A stretch of DNA of 64,000 nucleotides from Nevskiaceae bacterium. GTDB taxonomy: Bacteria > Pseudomonadota > Gammaproteobacteria > Nevskiales > Nevskiaceae. A program made the position numbers and the translations under genes. Below, piece by piece: positions 31,699 to 40,859 of the stretch. The stretch covers positions 3,027,368-3,091,367 of the forward strand of contig OZ244200.1 of NCBI GenBank assembly GCA_965216845.1, in the 5' to 3' direction. Each line of letters begins with the position of its first letter. Within the stretch, counting starts at the first letter, position 1. Under the pieces are notes generated by a model that was given only the letters and a program-made list of their open reading frames with translations, was not told the origin of the DNA and did no database searches.

Positions 31699-32145
31699 CT
31701 AGGGCGACTGCAATTGCAACCGCAGATCCTCAACGCGCTGGCGGTTGACCCCGAAGTCGTTGTAACCAAAGCGGGAGATCGAGCGCACGTCCACGCGTCC
31801 AGCCTCGCCAAGCAAGACCTCCACATCATCGTGATAACGCATCAGCGGGGTGACGAATACCGCATGCAGATAGCCTTCCGACTCATTTCTGATTTCGCCA
31901 CCCATGGCTTGCAGCGCGGCGGTGAGCGTTTCCATTGGCGCACTTTGCTTCGCGGACAGGGTCAATGGCGCAATCCGATGCACCCCGCCTTCGGCGACGG
32001 AGGACACGCAACTGGGACGCGCCGGACAAGCGGCGAACTCACCGGTCTTGGCATACAGATGCCCCGGTTCGCGCACGGTTTGCACCACGCCCACCGCAAC
32101 AGCCAGCACCGCAACGATCACAATCATTCTGGTCAGCCTTTTCAC
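31699..32145 (-). CDS. DUF1499 family protein
   Basis: 148 aa with an N-terminal TM/signal, CPARPSCVSS, and HAVFVTPLMRYHDDVEV...RSISRFGYNDFGVNRQRVE, which matches my recollection of DUF1499. The GTG start overlaps the M23 stop (GTGA). Confidence 0.75.
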   Translation of the reverse strand: MKRLTRMIVIVAVLAVAVGVVQTVREPGHLYAKTGEFAACPARPSCVSSVAEGGVHRIAPLTLSAKQSAPMETLTAALQAMGGEIRNESEGYLHAVFVTPLMRYHDDVEVLLGEAGRVDVRSISRFGYNDFGVNRQRVEDLRLQLQSP

Positions 32146-32978
32146 CGTTTTTCCCCTTTCTCAATCGGGCGGGATTCCACCAGCAGGGACGGGTCCAGCC
32201 TGACATCGAACCAGTTGGCTCGCCAGCACAAATGCGGGCCGGTCGCGCGGCCGGTGGCGCCGACCCGGCCGATCACCTCGCCTTTGGAAACCTTGTCCCC
32301 CACCGCTACGTCCAGTTGCGACAGATGCAGGTAAGTGGTGGAAACGCCGTGGCCGTGATCCAGAATCACGGTGCCGCCGGTGTAGTACAGATCCTTCTCC
32401 GCCATGCTTACGCTGGCATCGGCTGGCGCCTTGATGGGCGTACCCTTGGGCGCGGCCATGTCAATGCCGAAGTGCGGTCGTTTGGGCGTGCCATTCAACA
32501 CCCGCCGACTGCCGAACACGCCGGTAATTCTGGCCGAGATCGGCCAGCGGAAGCCGCCGCTGAAATGGGCGAAGTCCGATTCCACCGCGCGTGCTTTTTT
32601 CACCAGGGCCGCGTCGCGACCGATGCGATCGAGCACGTTTTGCGGCGGATTGACCATGGCACCGGGCAGGCCGCTGATGCGTTGTTCGTCGTATTGCCGC
32701 GCCTGCACCGCGAATTCCTTGCGCAAGACCTGACCGTCCGCCGAATCAAGCCGCAGCTCGGCCGCGGGCGGCGCCTCATAGTGCAATCCGAAAACAAAAT
32801 CACCGTTTTCCGACACGCGCAGCGCCTCGCCGTTGAAAGACACCTGCGTCCCCGGCGCGGTTTTTCCGACGATCAGCCCGCCCTGTTGCCAGCTTCCGGA
32901 AAGCTGCAAGGGGATGTCGGCGGCGCTCGCGGCCATCGACAACCCGGCCGCGACCATCACCGCAAGCCAGCGGCTCAC
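32142..32978 (-). CDS. M23 family metallopeptidase (peptidoglycan DD-endopeptidase-like)
   Basis: 278 aa with a signal peptide. It carries PHFGIDMAAP (HxxxD) and ILDHGHGVSTTYLHLS...GATGRATGPHLCW (HxH), the LytM signature. Confidence 0.9.
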   Translation of the reverse strand: MSRWLAVMVAAGLSMAASAADIPLQLSGSWQQGGLIVGKTAPGTQVSFNGEALRVSENGDFVFGLHYEAPPAAELRLDSADGQVLRKEFAVQARQYDEQRISGLPGAMVNPPQNVLDRIGRDAALVKKARAVESDFAHFSGGFRWPISARITGVFGSRRVLNGTPKRPHFGIDMAAPKGTPIKAPADASVSMAEKDLYYTGGTVILDHGHGVSTTYLHLSQLDVAVGDKVSKGEVIGRVGATGRATGPHLCWRANWFDVRLDPSLLVESRPIEKGEKR

Positions 32979-34900
32979 CGCTGCTCCGCGCTCAGCGCCT
33001 CGATGGCCTGTTCCAGCGTCAGCGTCTGTTGCTGCTTCTGCCCCAGGCGACGCAAGGTCAGCGTGCCCTCGTCGGCTTCCTTGCGCCCCACCACCGCGAT
33101 CACCGGAATCTTCTGATTGGAGTGCTCGCGGATCTTGTAGTTGATCTTCTCGTTTCTGAGATCGGTTTCGGCGCGGATGCCGACGGCTTTGAGCGCCTTG
33201 CAGGCTTGTTCGGCGTAGTCATTGGCGTCCGACACGATGGGCGCCACCACCACCTGCACCGGCGACAGCCAGAACGGCAGGGCGCCGGCGTATTGTTCGA
33301 TCAGAATGCCGATGAAGCGCTCCAGCGAGCCCAGAATCGCCCGATGCAACATCACCGGGCGCTGCGCGGAGCCGTCCTCGGCGATGTATTCGGCCTTGAA
33401 GCGTTCCGGCAGATTGAAATCCACCTGCACGGTGCCGCATTGCCAGCCGCGACCGATGGCGTCGTACAGGGTGAATTCCAGCTTGGGGCCGTAAAAGGCG
33501 CCGTCACCTTCGCTGATGGAGAAATCCGCGCCCATTGCCTCGCAGGCTTGTTTAAGCTCGGCTTCGGCCCGGTCCCACATCGCATCGTCGCCAATCCGCT
33601 TTTCCGGTCGGGTGGCCAGCCGCACCTCGACCTTGTCGAAGCCCAACTCACGGTACATCTCAAAAATCAGCTGACCGGCGTTGGCCGCCTCGGCGGGCAT
33701 CTGTTCCGGCGTACAGAAGATGTGCGCGTCGTCCATGATGAAACCGCGCACCCGCATCAGGCCGTGCAAGGCGCCGCTGGGCTCATAGCGGTGACAGGCG
33801 CCGAACTCGGCCATGCGCAGCGGCAGATCACGATAAGACTTGGTGCCCTGATTGAAGATCTGCACGTGACCGGGACAGTTCATGGGCTTGACCGCCAGCA
33901 TCGACTTGCGCGATTCGCCCTCGTCCACCTCGGCGATGAACATGTTCTGCCGATACCAGTCCCAGTGGCCGGAGGTTTCCCACAGCTTGCGATCCATCAG
34001 CAGCGGGGTTTTCACCTCCACATAATCGTTGGCGGCGATCTTTTCCCGCACATAACGTTCCAGGGTGCGGAACAGGGTGTAACCGCGCGGGTGCCAGAAC
34101 ACCTGGCCCACCGCCTCGTCCTGAATATGGAACAGATCCAGTGCGCGCCCGAGCTTGCGGTGATCGCGCTTTTCGGCCTCTTCCACCATCTTCAGATAGG
34201 CCTTCAACTCGGCCTCGGTGGCGAAGGCCACGCCATAGATGCGCTGCAACTGCGCGTTGTTGGCATCGCCGCGCCAGTAGGCGCCGGACACCTTGGTCAG
34301 CTTGAAGGCACTGCCCAGCCGCCCGGTGGACGGCAGATGCGGCCCCAGACACATGTCCAGCCAGTCCTCGCCCTGCTTGTAGATGCTCAGGGTTTCATCA
34401 GGGTCCAGACCTTCCTTGATCCACTCCGCCTTGAAGCTTTCGCCGCTTTTCTCGAAGTGGCTCACGGCCTGCTCGTGCGGCCATTCCTCACGCGTGATGG
34501 GCAGATCGCGTTTGACGATGTGCCGCATGCGCTGCTCGATGGTTTGCAGATCAGCCTCGGTGAACGGCGTATCGCGTGCAAAGTCGTAGTAGAAGCCCAC
34601 CTCGGTGGCCGGGCCAAAGGTGATCTGGGTGCCCGGGAACAGCTCCTGCACCGCCTGCGCCATGATGTGGGCGGCGTCATGACGGATCACCTCCAGCGCT
34701 TCGGGCTGATCGCGGGTGACGATGCTGATCTGCGCGTCCTGACTGATCGGCCGGGTCAGATCCCACAGCTCGCCGTTGACCTTGATGACGGCGGCCTTTT
34801 TGGCCAGCCCCGGAGAAATGCCCTTGGCAATCTCCAGGCCGCTGACCGGCGCCTCGAATGATTTGTGATTGCCGTCGGGAAAGGTGATTTGAATGCTCAT
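32975..34900 (-). CDS. thrS: Threonine--tRNA ligase
   Basis: 641 aa from the ATG at 34900 (MSIQITFPDGNHKSFEAPVSGLEIAKGISPGLAKKA, TGS domain). It has editing-domain HxxxH motifs and class II motifs (FRTLERY...HRYEPSGALHGLMRVRGF). The ORF-track extension to 35128 is discarded. Confidence 0.97.
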   Translation of the reverse strand: MSIQITFPDGNHKSFEAPVSGLEIAKGISPGLAKKAAVIKVNGELWDLTRPISQDAQISIVTRDQPEALEVIRHDAAHIMAQAVQELFPGTQITFGPATEVGFYYDFARDTPFTEADLQTIEQRMRHIVKRDLPITREEWPHEQAVSHFEKSGESFKAEWIKEGLDPDETLSIYKQGEDWLDMCLGPHLPSTGRLGSAFKLTKVSGAYWRGDANNAQLQRIYGVAFATEAELKAYLKMVEEAEKRDHRKLGRALDLFHIQDEAVGQVFWHPRGYTLFRTLERYVREKIAANDYVEVKTPLLMDRKLWETSGHWDWYRQNMFIAEVDEGESRKSMLAVKPMNCPGHVQIFNQGTKSYRDLPLRMAEFGACHRYEPSGALHGLMRVRGFIMDDAHIFCTPEQMPAEAANAGQLIFEMYRELGFDKVEVRLATRPEKRIGDDAMWDRAEAELKQACEAMGADFSISEGDGAFYGPKLEFTLYDAIGRGWQCGTVQVDFNLPERFKAEYIAEDGSAQRPVMLHRAILGSLERFIGILIEQYAGALPFWLSPVQVVVAPIVSDANDYAEQACKALKAVGIRAETDLRNEKINYKIREHSNQKIPVIAVVGRKEADEGTLTLRRLGQKQQQTLTLEQAIEALSAEQR

Positions 34901-36345
34901 GTTTGCGAATTGGAATCGGTTAAGGAACGGGATTGCGCGTACTCGATGGCGGTCTTCAACCGCGCGAGCGTTCGCGTCCTGTTCATGAGCTCCAGCGTGA
35001 TTCCCAGCGGCGGAGAAACCGCCTTGCCGATCAGCGCCACACGCGTCGGCTGTGCCAGTTTTCCAAGCTTGATATCCAGCGCTGCGCATACCGCTTTGGC
35101 CGTTGCCTCGATCGCCTCTGCGTTCCACGCCACCTGTTCCGACAGCCGATCGGAAAACACCTGCAGATAGCCCCCGGTCTCAGCGCTGAGGTGCTTGGCA
35201 GCGTCCTTGGCGTCGTATGGATCCGCGGGCAATTCGGAGAAGTAGGGTCGAGCCTTCTCGGCCATCTCCACCAGCGTTTTGCAGCGATCACGATACTGCT
35301 CGATCACCTTCTCCAGATTCGGGCCGCGCATGGGATCGAGGCCAATGCGCCGCAGATGCCATTCAAGCTCTGGCGCAATCAGCGCCGGATCGGTGGCCTT
35401 CAGATACTGCTGGTTGACCCAGTGCGCTTTTTCCATGTCAAAGCGCGCGGCCGACGGCGTAACGTGATCAAAGTCGAACTTTTCGATCATCTCCTGGCGG
35501 CTGAACAACTCCTGATCACCATGACTCCAGCCCAGACGCACCAGGTAATTGCAAAGCGCTTCGGGCATGAAACCCATGGCGCGATATTCCATCACCCCCA
35601 GCGCACCGTGGCGCTTGGACAGCTTGGCGCCGTCCGCGCCCAGAATCATGGAAACATGCGCGTATTGCGGCGGCGTGGCGCCCAGCGCCTTGAGAATGTT
35701 GATCTGGCGCGGCGTGTTGTTGACGTGATCGTCCCCGCGCACCACATGGGTGATGCCCATGTCCATGTCGTCCACCACCACGCAGAAGTTGTAGGTCGGC
35801 GTGCCGTCGGCGCGGGCAATGATCAGGTCATCCATCTCCGCGTTGGAAAAGCGGATCGGCCCCTTGATCAAATCCTCCAGCACCACCTCGCCTTCCAATG
35901 GATTGCGGAAGCGAATCACCGGGGAAACACCTTCGGGTGGCGGCGGCAAGCTCTTGCCCGGCTCCGGTCGCCAGCGTCCGTCATAGCGCGGTTTGCGCTT
36001 CTGCGCTTGCTGTTCGGCGCGCAACTGATCCAACTCTTGCTTGCTGGCGTAACAGCGGTAAGCCTTGCCCGCTGCCAGCAGTTCCTCGATCAATTCCCGG
36101 TAACGGTCAATCCGCTGGGTTTGATAAATCGGCTCGACGTCGGATTTCAATCCGAGCCACTGCATCCCCTCGAGAATCGCATCCACCGCCGCCTGTGTGC
36201 TGCGTTCACGGTCGGTATCCTCCACGCGCAGCACGAACCGGCCACCGTGGCGTTTGGCGTAAAGATAGGAAAACAGAGCGGTCCTGGCACCACCAATATG
36301 CAAAAAACCGGTGGGGCTGGGGGCAAAACGGGTGACGACGGACAT
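34897..36345 (-). CDS. gltX: Glutamate--tRNA ligase
   Basis: 482 aa with VVTRFAPSPTGFLHIGGARTALF (HIGH) and KLSKRHG (KMSKS). The stop overlaps the thrS ATG (ATGA). Confidence 0.97.
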   Translation of the reverse strand: MSVVTRFAPSPTGFLHIGGARTALFSYLYAKRHGGRFVLRVEDTDRERSTQAAVDAILEGMQWLGLKSDVEPIYQTQRIDRYRELIEELLAAGKAYRCYASKQELDQLRAEQQAQKRKPRYDGRWRPEPGKSLPPPPEGVSPVIRFRNPLEGEVVLEDLIKGPIRFSNAEMDDLIIARADGTPTYNFCVVVDDMDMGITHVVRGDDHVNNTPRQINILKALGATPPQYAHVSMILGADGAKLSKRHGALGVMEYRAMGFMPEALCNYLVRLGWSHGDQELFSRQEMIEKFDFDHVTPSAARFDMEKAHWVNQQYLKATDPALIAPELEWHLRRIGLDPMRGPNLEKVIEQYRDRCKTLVEMAEKARPYFSELPADPYDAKDAAKHLSAETGGYLQVFSDRLSEQVAWNAEAIEATAKAVCAALDIKLGKLAQPTRVALIGKAVSPPLGITLELMNRTRTLARLKTAIEYAQSRSLTDSNSQT

Positions 36346-36462
36346 GAGCGGCAGCGATTTGATCAGCCGCTGATTCTAGCTCAGGGTCGGCCCATCCAGA
36401 CTTGAATTGGCGTGCCGGCCCCCAAGCTTGTGGGACAATACGCTTCTTTCGCGGCTTGATGG

Positions 36463-36945
36463 TTGGTCATGAGCAAATCTGTAGAGTTTTCCCGTCGCAT
36501 CAGTATTGAACAGGTTGAAGAAGGCACCGAACTGGCGCCCAAGTTCGACGAGCATGGTCTGATCCCCTGCGTCACCACCGCCGCCGGCACTGGTGAGGTA
36601 TTGATGCTGGGCTATATGAATGAAGAAGCGCTGAAGAAAACCATCCAGACCGGCGAGGCGCATTACTGGAGCCGCAGCCGCAAAGTCCTGTGGCACAAAG
36701 GCGCCACCAGCGGTCTGGTGCAAAAGATCGTCGAACTGCGGATCGACGATGATCAGGACGCGGTTTGGCTGCGCGTTGAAATCCCCGGCGACGCCAGCTG
36801 TCACGTGGGTTATCGGTCCTGTTTCTACCGCTCCGTGCCAACCGGCGAAGGGGCTCCAGATCACGAACTGAAGTTCGAAGAAAACGAAAAGTCCTTCGAC
36901 CCCAAAGCCGTCTACGGCGACGCGCCCAACCCGACACAACTCTAG
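36463..36945 (+). CDS. hisI: Phosphoribosyl-AMP cyclohydrolase (monofunctional HisI)
   Basis: 160 aa with GLIPCVTT...[61 protein letters not shown]...[10 protein letters not shown]. Confidence 0.9.
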   Translation: MVMSKSVEFSRRISIEQVEEGTELAPKFDEHGLIPCVTTAAGTGEVLMLGYMNEEALKKTIQTGEAHYWSRSRKVLWHKGATSGLVQKIVELRIDDDQDAVWLRVEIPGDASCHVGYRSCFYRSVPTGEGAPDHELKFEENEKSFDPKAVYGDAPNPTQL

Positions 36946-37143
36946 CTCGTCGTCTTCAGGTGCTGCCCCGGACAAAGCCGCTGCTCAAGTCAAGCAAGGC
37001 GGTATCGGCTGCAACCTTGCGCCGAAGCTGCGGATCGCCCGGATCGCAAACATTCGTCTGCTGACCGCGGCGGAGTCCGGGGGCCAGGCACCTGGCAGAC
37101 CCTCGGCCCCCTTCAGCTTGCAATCATCCCACCCTCAAGGGGC

Positions 37144-38691
37144 TCATCCTTCATTGGACGAGGCGGTCGCCACCTGCTCCGCCCACCCCGGATTCGATAC
37201 TTCAAAGTCCTCCAGCCGTGGACTGGCCAGCAGCGCGTTGAACTCGCGCGGGCGGCGCGGCCAGACCTCGGGCAGCCCATCCTTGCCGATGTACCAGTTC
37301 TGGCAACCGGTGACCCACACCGTGCCGTCCATGTTGCGCTTCAGCTCGTCGTAGAAGGTATTGGTGGCAGCCTGGGTCGGCGCCAGAGTGTCCAGTTCAC
37401 CGCGCCGGTACATATCGATGCATTGCATGACGTAATCAACCAGGGCTTCGGTGTAGAGAATCACCGAGCCATTGGCCAACGGGCTGTTCGGGCCGCCGAG
37501 CAGGAAGAAGTTGGGAAACTGCGGAATCGCCAGGCTGTTATAGGCGCGCGGGCCGTGTTCTTCCCATAGCGAGCTGAGGCTGAGGCCCTGTGCATTGGTG
37601 AGCTCCAGCGGGCGCATGTATTCGTGAGTCTTGAACCCGGTGGCCAGAACCAGAACGTCGAGCGGATGCGTGCGGCCGTCGCGGGTGACGATACCCTCCG
37701 GCACGACGCGCTCGATGCCGTCGGTGACCAGATTCACGTTCGGGCGCTGCATCGCCTCGTAATACTCCCAGGACATCACGATGCGCTTGCACATCGGCTG
37801 ATAGTCTGGCGTCAGGCGCCGGCGCAGCTGCGGATCACGCACGCGGCGCAGATTCCAGTGGCAGGCGGCGTCGATCAACCGGCGCTGCAGACCGGGCCGG
37901 ATCATTGCCCGTGAGAACAGCGCGTCAAATAGCTCGTCATAGACGCCATAGGCCAGGCGCGCCAGCGCCGGAACCTGCGTGACCAGCTCGCGCTCGACCA
38001 GCGAATACTGACGGTCCGGCAGCGGAAAGACCCATTGGGGGGTACGCTGGAACACGTTCAGCTCGCAGGGCAGCCGCGACACCGAGCAGGCGATCTGCAC
38101 GCCGGTGGAGCCGGTGCCGATCAGGCCGATGCGCTTGTCCTTGAGGTCGACGCTGTCATCCCAGCGCGCCGAATGAAAGCGTGCGCCGGCGAAGCTGTCG
38201 AGGCCGGGAATGTCCGGCTCTTTGGGATGATGCAGAAAGCCGCAGGCGGCGATCAGAAACTCCGCGCTGTCCTGTTTTCCACTGCGCAGCTCAAGCTGCC
38301 AGCGGCGACCGTCAAAGCGGGCCTGCGCGCCCTCCTCACCGAAGACGATGTGGCGACGCAGATCGTACTTGTCGGCCACATGCCGCATGTAATTCTGAAT
38401 CTCGGGGCCACGCGCAAAGCGGTGCTGCCAATCGGGATTGGGCTCGAAGCTGTAGGTGTAGTAATGCGCCGGCACATCGCAGGCCAGACCCGGGTAGCGG
38501 TTCTCGCGCCAGGTGCCGCCGACATCGTGGCTCTTCTCGTAGATGGTGAAGTTCTCGATACCCGCCTGGCGCAGCCGTATGCCGGCGAGCAGGCCGGACA
38601 TGCCGGCGCCGAGGATGATGACGCGCGGCGTGCGCGTGGAATCATGGGGTTCGCGCGACTCCAGCGCGACGGCAGGTGTGGGAGCGTTCAT
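37144..38691 (-). CDS. Type I Baeyer-Villiger (flavin, NADPH) monooxygenase
   Basis: 515 aa with GAGMSG (FAD), GGTWRENRYPG and the BVMO fingerprint FAGARFHSARWD (FxGxxxHxxxW[P/D]), then GTGSTG (NADP). Confidence 0.9.
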   Translation of the reverse strand: MNAPTPAVALESREPHDSTRTPRVIILGAGMSGLLAGIRLRQAGIENFTIYEKSHDVGGTWRENRYPGLACDVPAHYYTYSFEPNPDWQHRFARGPEIQNYMRHVADKYDLRRHIVFGEEGAQARFDGRRWQLELRSGKQDSAEFLIAACGFLHHPKEPDIPGLDSFAGARFHSARWDDSVDLKDKRIGLIGTGSTGVQIACSVSRLPCELNVFQRTPQWVFPLPDRQYSLVERELVTQVPALARLAYGVYDELFDALFSRAMIRPGLQRRLIDAACHWNLRRVRDPQLRRRLTPDYQPMCKRIVMSWEYYEAMQRPNVNLVTDGIERVVPEGIVTRDGRTHPLDVLVLATGFKTHEYMRPLELTNAQGLSLSSLWEEHGPRAYNSLAIPQFPNFFLLGGPNSPLANGSVILYTEALVDYVMQCIDMYRRGELDTLAPTQAATNTFYDELKRNMDGTVWVTGCQNWYIGKDGLPEVWPRRPREFNALLASPRLEDFEVSNPGWAEQVATASSNEG

Positions 38692-39641
38692 GAGGTAACC
38701 TCCTGCGGAGCAGCTTGCGGTTCTTCGGGCGGTTGGGTTCGGTCGACGACCGCCGGTGGGCGCGTCAGCGCCTCGCGCAGGAAACCGCCCAGCTCGGCGA
38801 GACAGCGGTCGGCTTCCGGCAACAGGCCAGCGTGCAGCTGGAAATCGTGCCAGAGGCCGTCCCAGACCTGCTTTCGCACCGGCACTCCGGCCTCGCGCAG
38901 CCGGCTTTCCAGGCGCGACGCATCGCTCAGCAGGACTTCCTCGCTGCCGACGTCGATCCGCGTTGGCGGCAAGTCGCCGAGCTCGGCGAACAGCGGCGAC
39001 ACCCGTGGGTCGGTCAGCGCCGAATCGGCATAGTGGCGTGCGGCATAAGCCAACCAGTCACGGCTGAGCATCGGATCCCGCGACGCATGGGTGGTCATGC
39101 TCATTCCCGACAGACTGAGATCCGCCCACGGCGAGATCAGCGCCAGCGCGCACGGCGCCGGCAGGCCCCGATCACGGGCCGCGATGGCAGTGGCCAGCGC
39201 CAGACCACCACCTGCGGAATCGCCAGCCAGGGCCACGGCCGAATGCGAGCGCGTCAACGCCGCCCAGGCGTCCACGGCATCGTCCAGCGCCGTCGGCGCC
39301 GGATGCTCGGGCGCGAGCCGGTAGTCGACGACGAAACACTCGCAGCCGGCGTCGCGCGCCAGATGCGACACCAGCCCGGCATGCGTCCCCGGCGAACCCA
39401 GCACGTAGCCGCCACCGTGCAGGTACATCACGGCCACGCCGCTGGGCGCGGATTCCGGAATCAGGCGGCGCGACAGCACGCCGCCCAGGTAATGCTCGAC
39501 ATCCTGAACGCCCGCAGCGCGCGGAAACGCCTTCGCGGCCAGGGCGATGTAGCTGCGCTGAAGCAGCAGCGGCACCCGCGGCGAAAACACCGGCCGCAGC
39601 CCGAACCGCACCCCTTGTCGCATAGCCTTACGGATCAGCAT
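38688..39641 (-). CDS. Alpha/beta hydrolase, HSL-type (family IV) esterase/lipase
   Basis: It has the HGGG oxyanion motif (YLHGGGYVLG) and the nucleophile elbow GDSAGG. I chose the ATG at 39641, 6 nt after GAGGAGGAG; the track start at 39683 is a TTG. The stop overlaps the BVMO ATG (ATGA). Confidence 0.85.
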   Translation of the reverse strand: MLIRKAMRQGVRFGLRPVFSPRVPLLLQRSYIALAAKAFPRAAGVQDVEHYLGGVLSRRLIPESAPSGVAVMYLHGGGYVLGSPGTHAGLVSHLARDAGCECFVVDYRLAPEHPAPTALDDAVDAWAALTRSHSAVALAGDSAGGGLALATAIAARDRGLPAPCALALISPWADLSLSGMSMTTHASRDPMLSRDWLAYAARHYADSALTDPRVSPLFAELGDLPPTRIDVGSEEVLLSDASRLESRLREAGVPVRKQVWDGLWHDFQLHAGLLPEADRCLAELGGFLREALTRPPAVVDRTQPPEEPQAAPQEVTS

Positions 39642-39683
39642 CGCGTTTCTCCTCCTCTTGGCGCCGCTGGCGCCGCCGGCCAA

Positions 39684-40583
39684 TCAGCGACCGGCACTGA
39701 CCTTCATCAGCAGGCCGATCTCTTCCATCGCGTTCCCCGGCACCACAAAGGACGAGGTGTCGCGGATTTCGGCAAGCTGATCGCGCACATCCTCGGCCGA
39801 GAGCTGCGGATTGAAGTACCCGGGAATCGCACCCACGAAGATACGCCCGACACGGCCACCGCCGCAACTGAAGATCTCGCCGCTGGGCTCGCAGGACTCA
39901 TGCGCCAGATAAGCCACCACCGGCGTCACCTGCTCCGGATTGAGCTTTTCAGCCATTGGGCCGAGCAGTTCCTCGGTCATGCGCGTGCGCGCAGCCGGCG
40001 CGATGACGTTGACCTTGACGTTGGCCTTGGCGCCTTCAATGGCGGCCGCGTGCGAAAAACCGACGATGCCCATCTTGGCCGCGCCGTAGTTGGTTTGCCC
40101 GAAATTGCCGAACAGGCCAGCCGCAGAAGTGGTGTTGACCACCCGACCATAGCCCTGTTCGAGCATGCGATTCCAGGCCGCACGGGTGCACCACAGGGTG
40201 CCGTAAAGATGAACGTCAATGACCGGGCGAATGTCCGCCTCGGTGGCATTCTTGAAGGCCTTGTCGCGCAAAATACCGGCGTTGTTGACCAGGATATCGA
40301 TGCGCCCGAAGCCATCGATGGCGGTGCCGATCACGGCCTCGGCACCCGCCTCGGTCGACACCGAGTCATAATTGGGAATGGCTTCGCCGCCAGCGGCACG
40401 GATCTCGTCGCAGACTTTCTGCGCGGGCGTCTGCGAAGCCCCGCTGCCGTCGGTGGCGCCGCCCAGATCGTTGACCACCACCTTGGCGCCGCGCGAAGCC
40501 AGGAACATCGCATGACTGCGCCCCAGTCCCTGTCCCGCGCCCGTCACCACCGCGACCTTACCGTCATAACGCATCTCGCTCAT
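39684..40583 (-). CDS. SDR oxidoreductase, MFE-2-type (3-hydroxyacyl-CoA dehydrogenase-like)
   Basis: 299 aa (RYDGKVAVVTGAGQGLGRSHAMFLASRGAKVVVNDLGG...NNAG...YGAAK), the pattern of the peroxisomal multifunctional enzyme type 2 N-terminal domain. Confidence 0.85.
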   Translation of the reverse strand: MSEMRYDGKVAVVTGAGQGLGRSHAMFLASRGAKVVVNDLGGATDGSGASQTPAQKVCDEIRAAGGEAIPNYDSVSTEAGAEAVIGTAIDGFGRIDILVNNAGILRDKAFKNATEADIRPVIDVHLYGTLWCTRAAWNRMLEQGYGRVVNTTSAAGLFGNFGQTNYGAAKMGIVGFSHAAAIEGAKANVKVNVIAPAARTRMTEELLGPMAEKLNPEQVTPVVAYLAHESCEPSGEIFSCGGGRVGRIFVGAIPGYFNPQLSAEDVRDQLAEIRDTSSFVVPGNAMEEIGLLMKVSAGR

Positions 40584-40615
40584 CTACCTCTCCTCATCGT
40601 GCTGTGCATGTCTGT

Positions 40616-40646
40616 TTGAAACTACCTAACGATAGTTTGGTACTCT
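40616..40646 (+). promoter_or_regulatory. Candidate promoter with a 19-nt spacer (TTGAAA-N19-TACTCT) in the divergent SDR / acyl-CoA operon control region
   Basis: The spacer ctacctaacgatagtttgg is 14/19 identical to the spacer of the DUF1329 promoter candidate at 60768-60798 (minus strand). The -10 element ends 56 nt upstream of the first ATG (40703). Confidence 0.4.
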
Positions 40647-40702
40647 ACACCATTCAACACCAGACCGCCCAGCCTTTCTCCAACACGCCGAGGCAAGCAC
40701 CG

Positions 40703-40849
40703 ATGATCCTCACCGACGACCAGCGCGCACTGCGCGACACGGCCCGGCGTTTTGCCGAACACAAACTGCTGCCGGACGACCAGAAGCGCGAACAATCCGA
40801 ACGACTGGATCGTGACCTGGTGCGCGAGATTGGCGAACTGGGCCTGTAG
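40703..40849 (+). pseudogene. 48-codon relic of an acyl-CoA dehydrogenase N-terminus (possibly a leader ORF)
   Basis: MILTDDQRALRDTARRFAEHKLLPDDQKREQSERLDRDLVREIGELGL* aligns with the N-terminus of the intact ACAD at 41891 (...FRDALRRFIDTEVVP...VLRQLGELGYLG). It stops where ACADs continue; the stop TAG lies within the TAGGAGG sequence that provides the SD of the next gene. Confidence 0.55.
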
Positions 40850-40859
40850 GAGGCCACCG

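Noticed and set aside
34901-35128. A 76-codon N-terminal extension of the thrS ORF.
   Set aside because: It lies inside the gltX coding sequence in another frame. The TGS domain starts exactly at the ATG at 34900, which overlaps the gltX stop.
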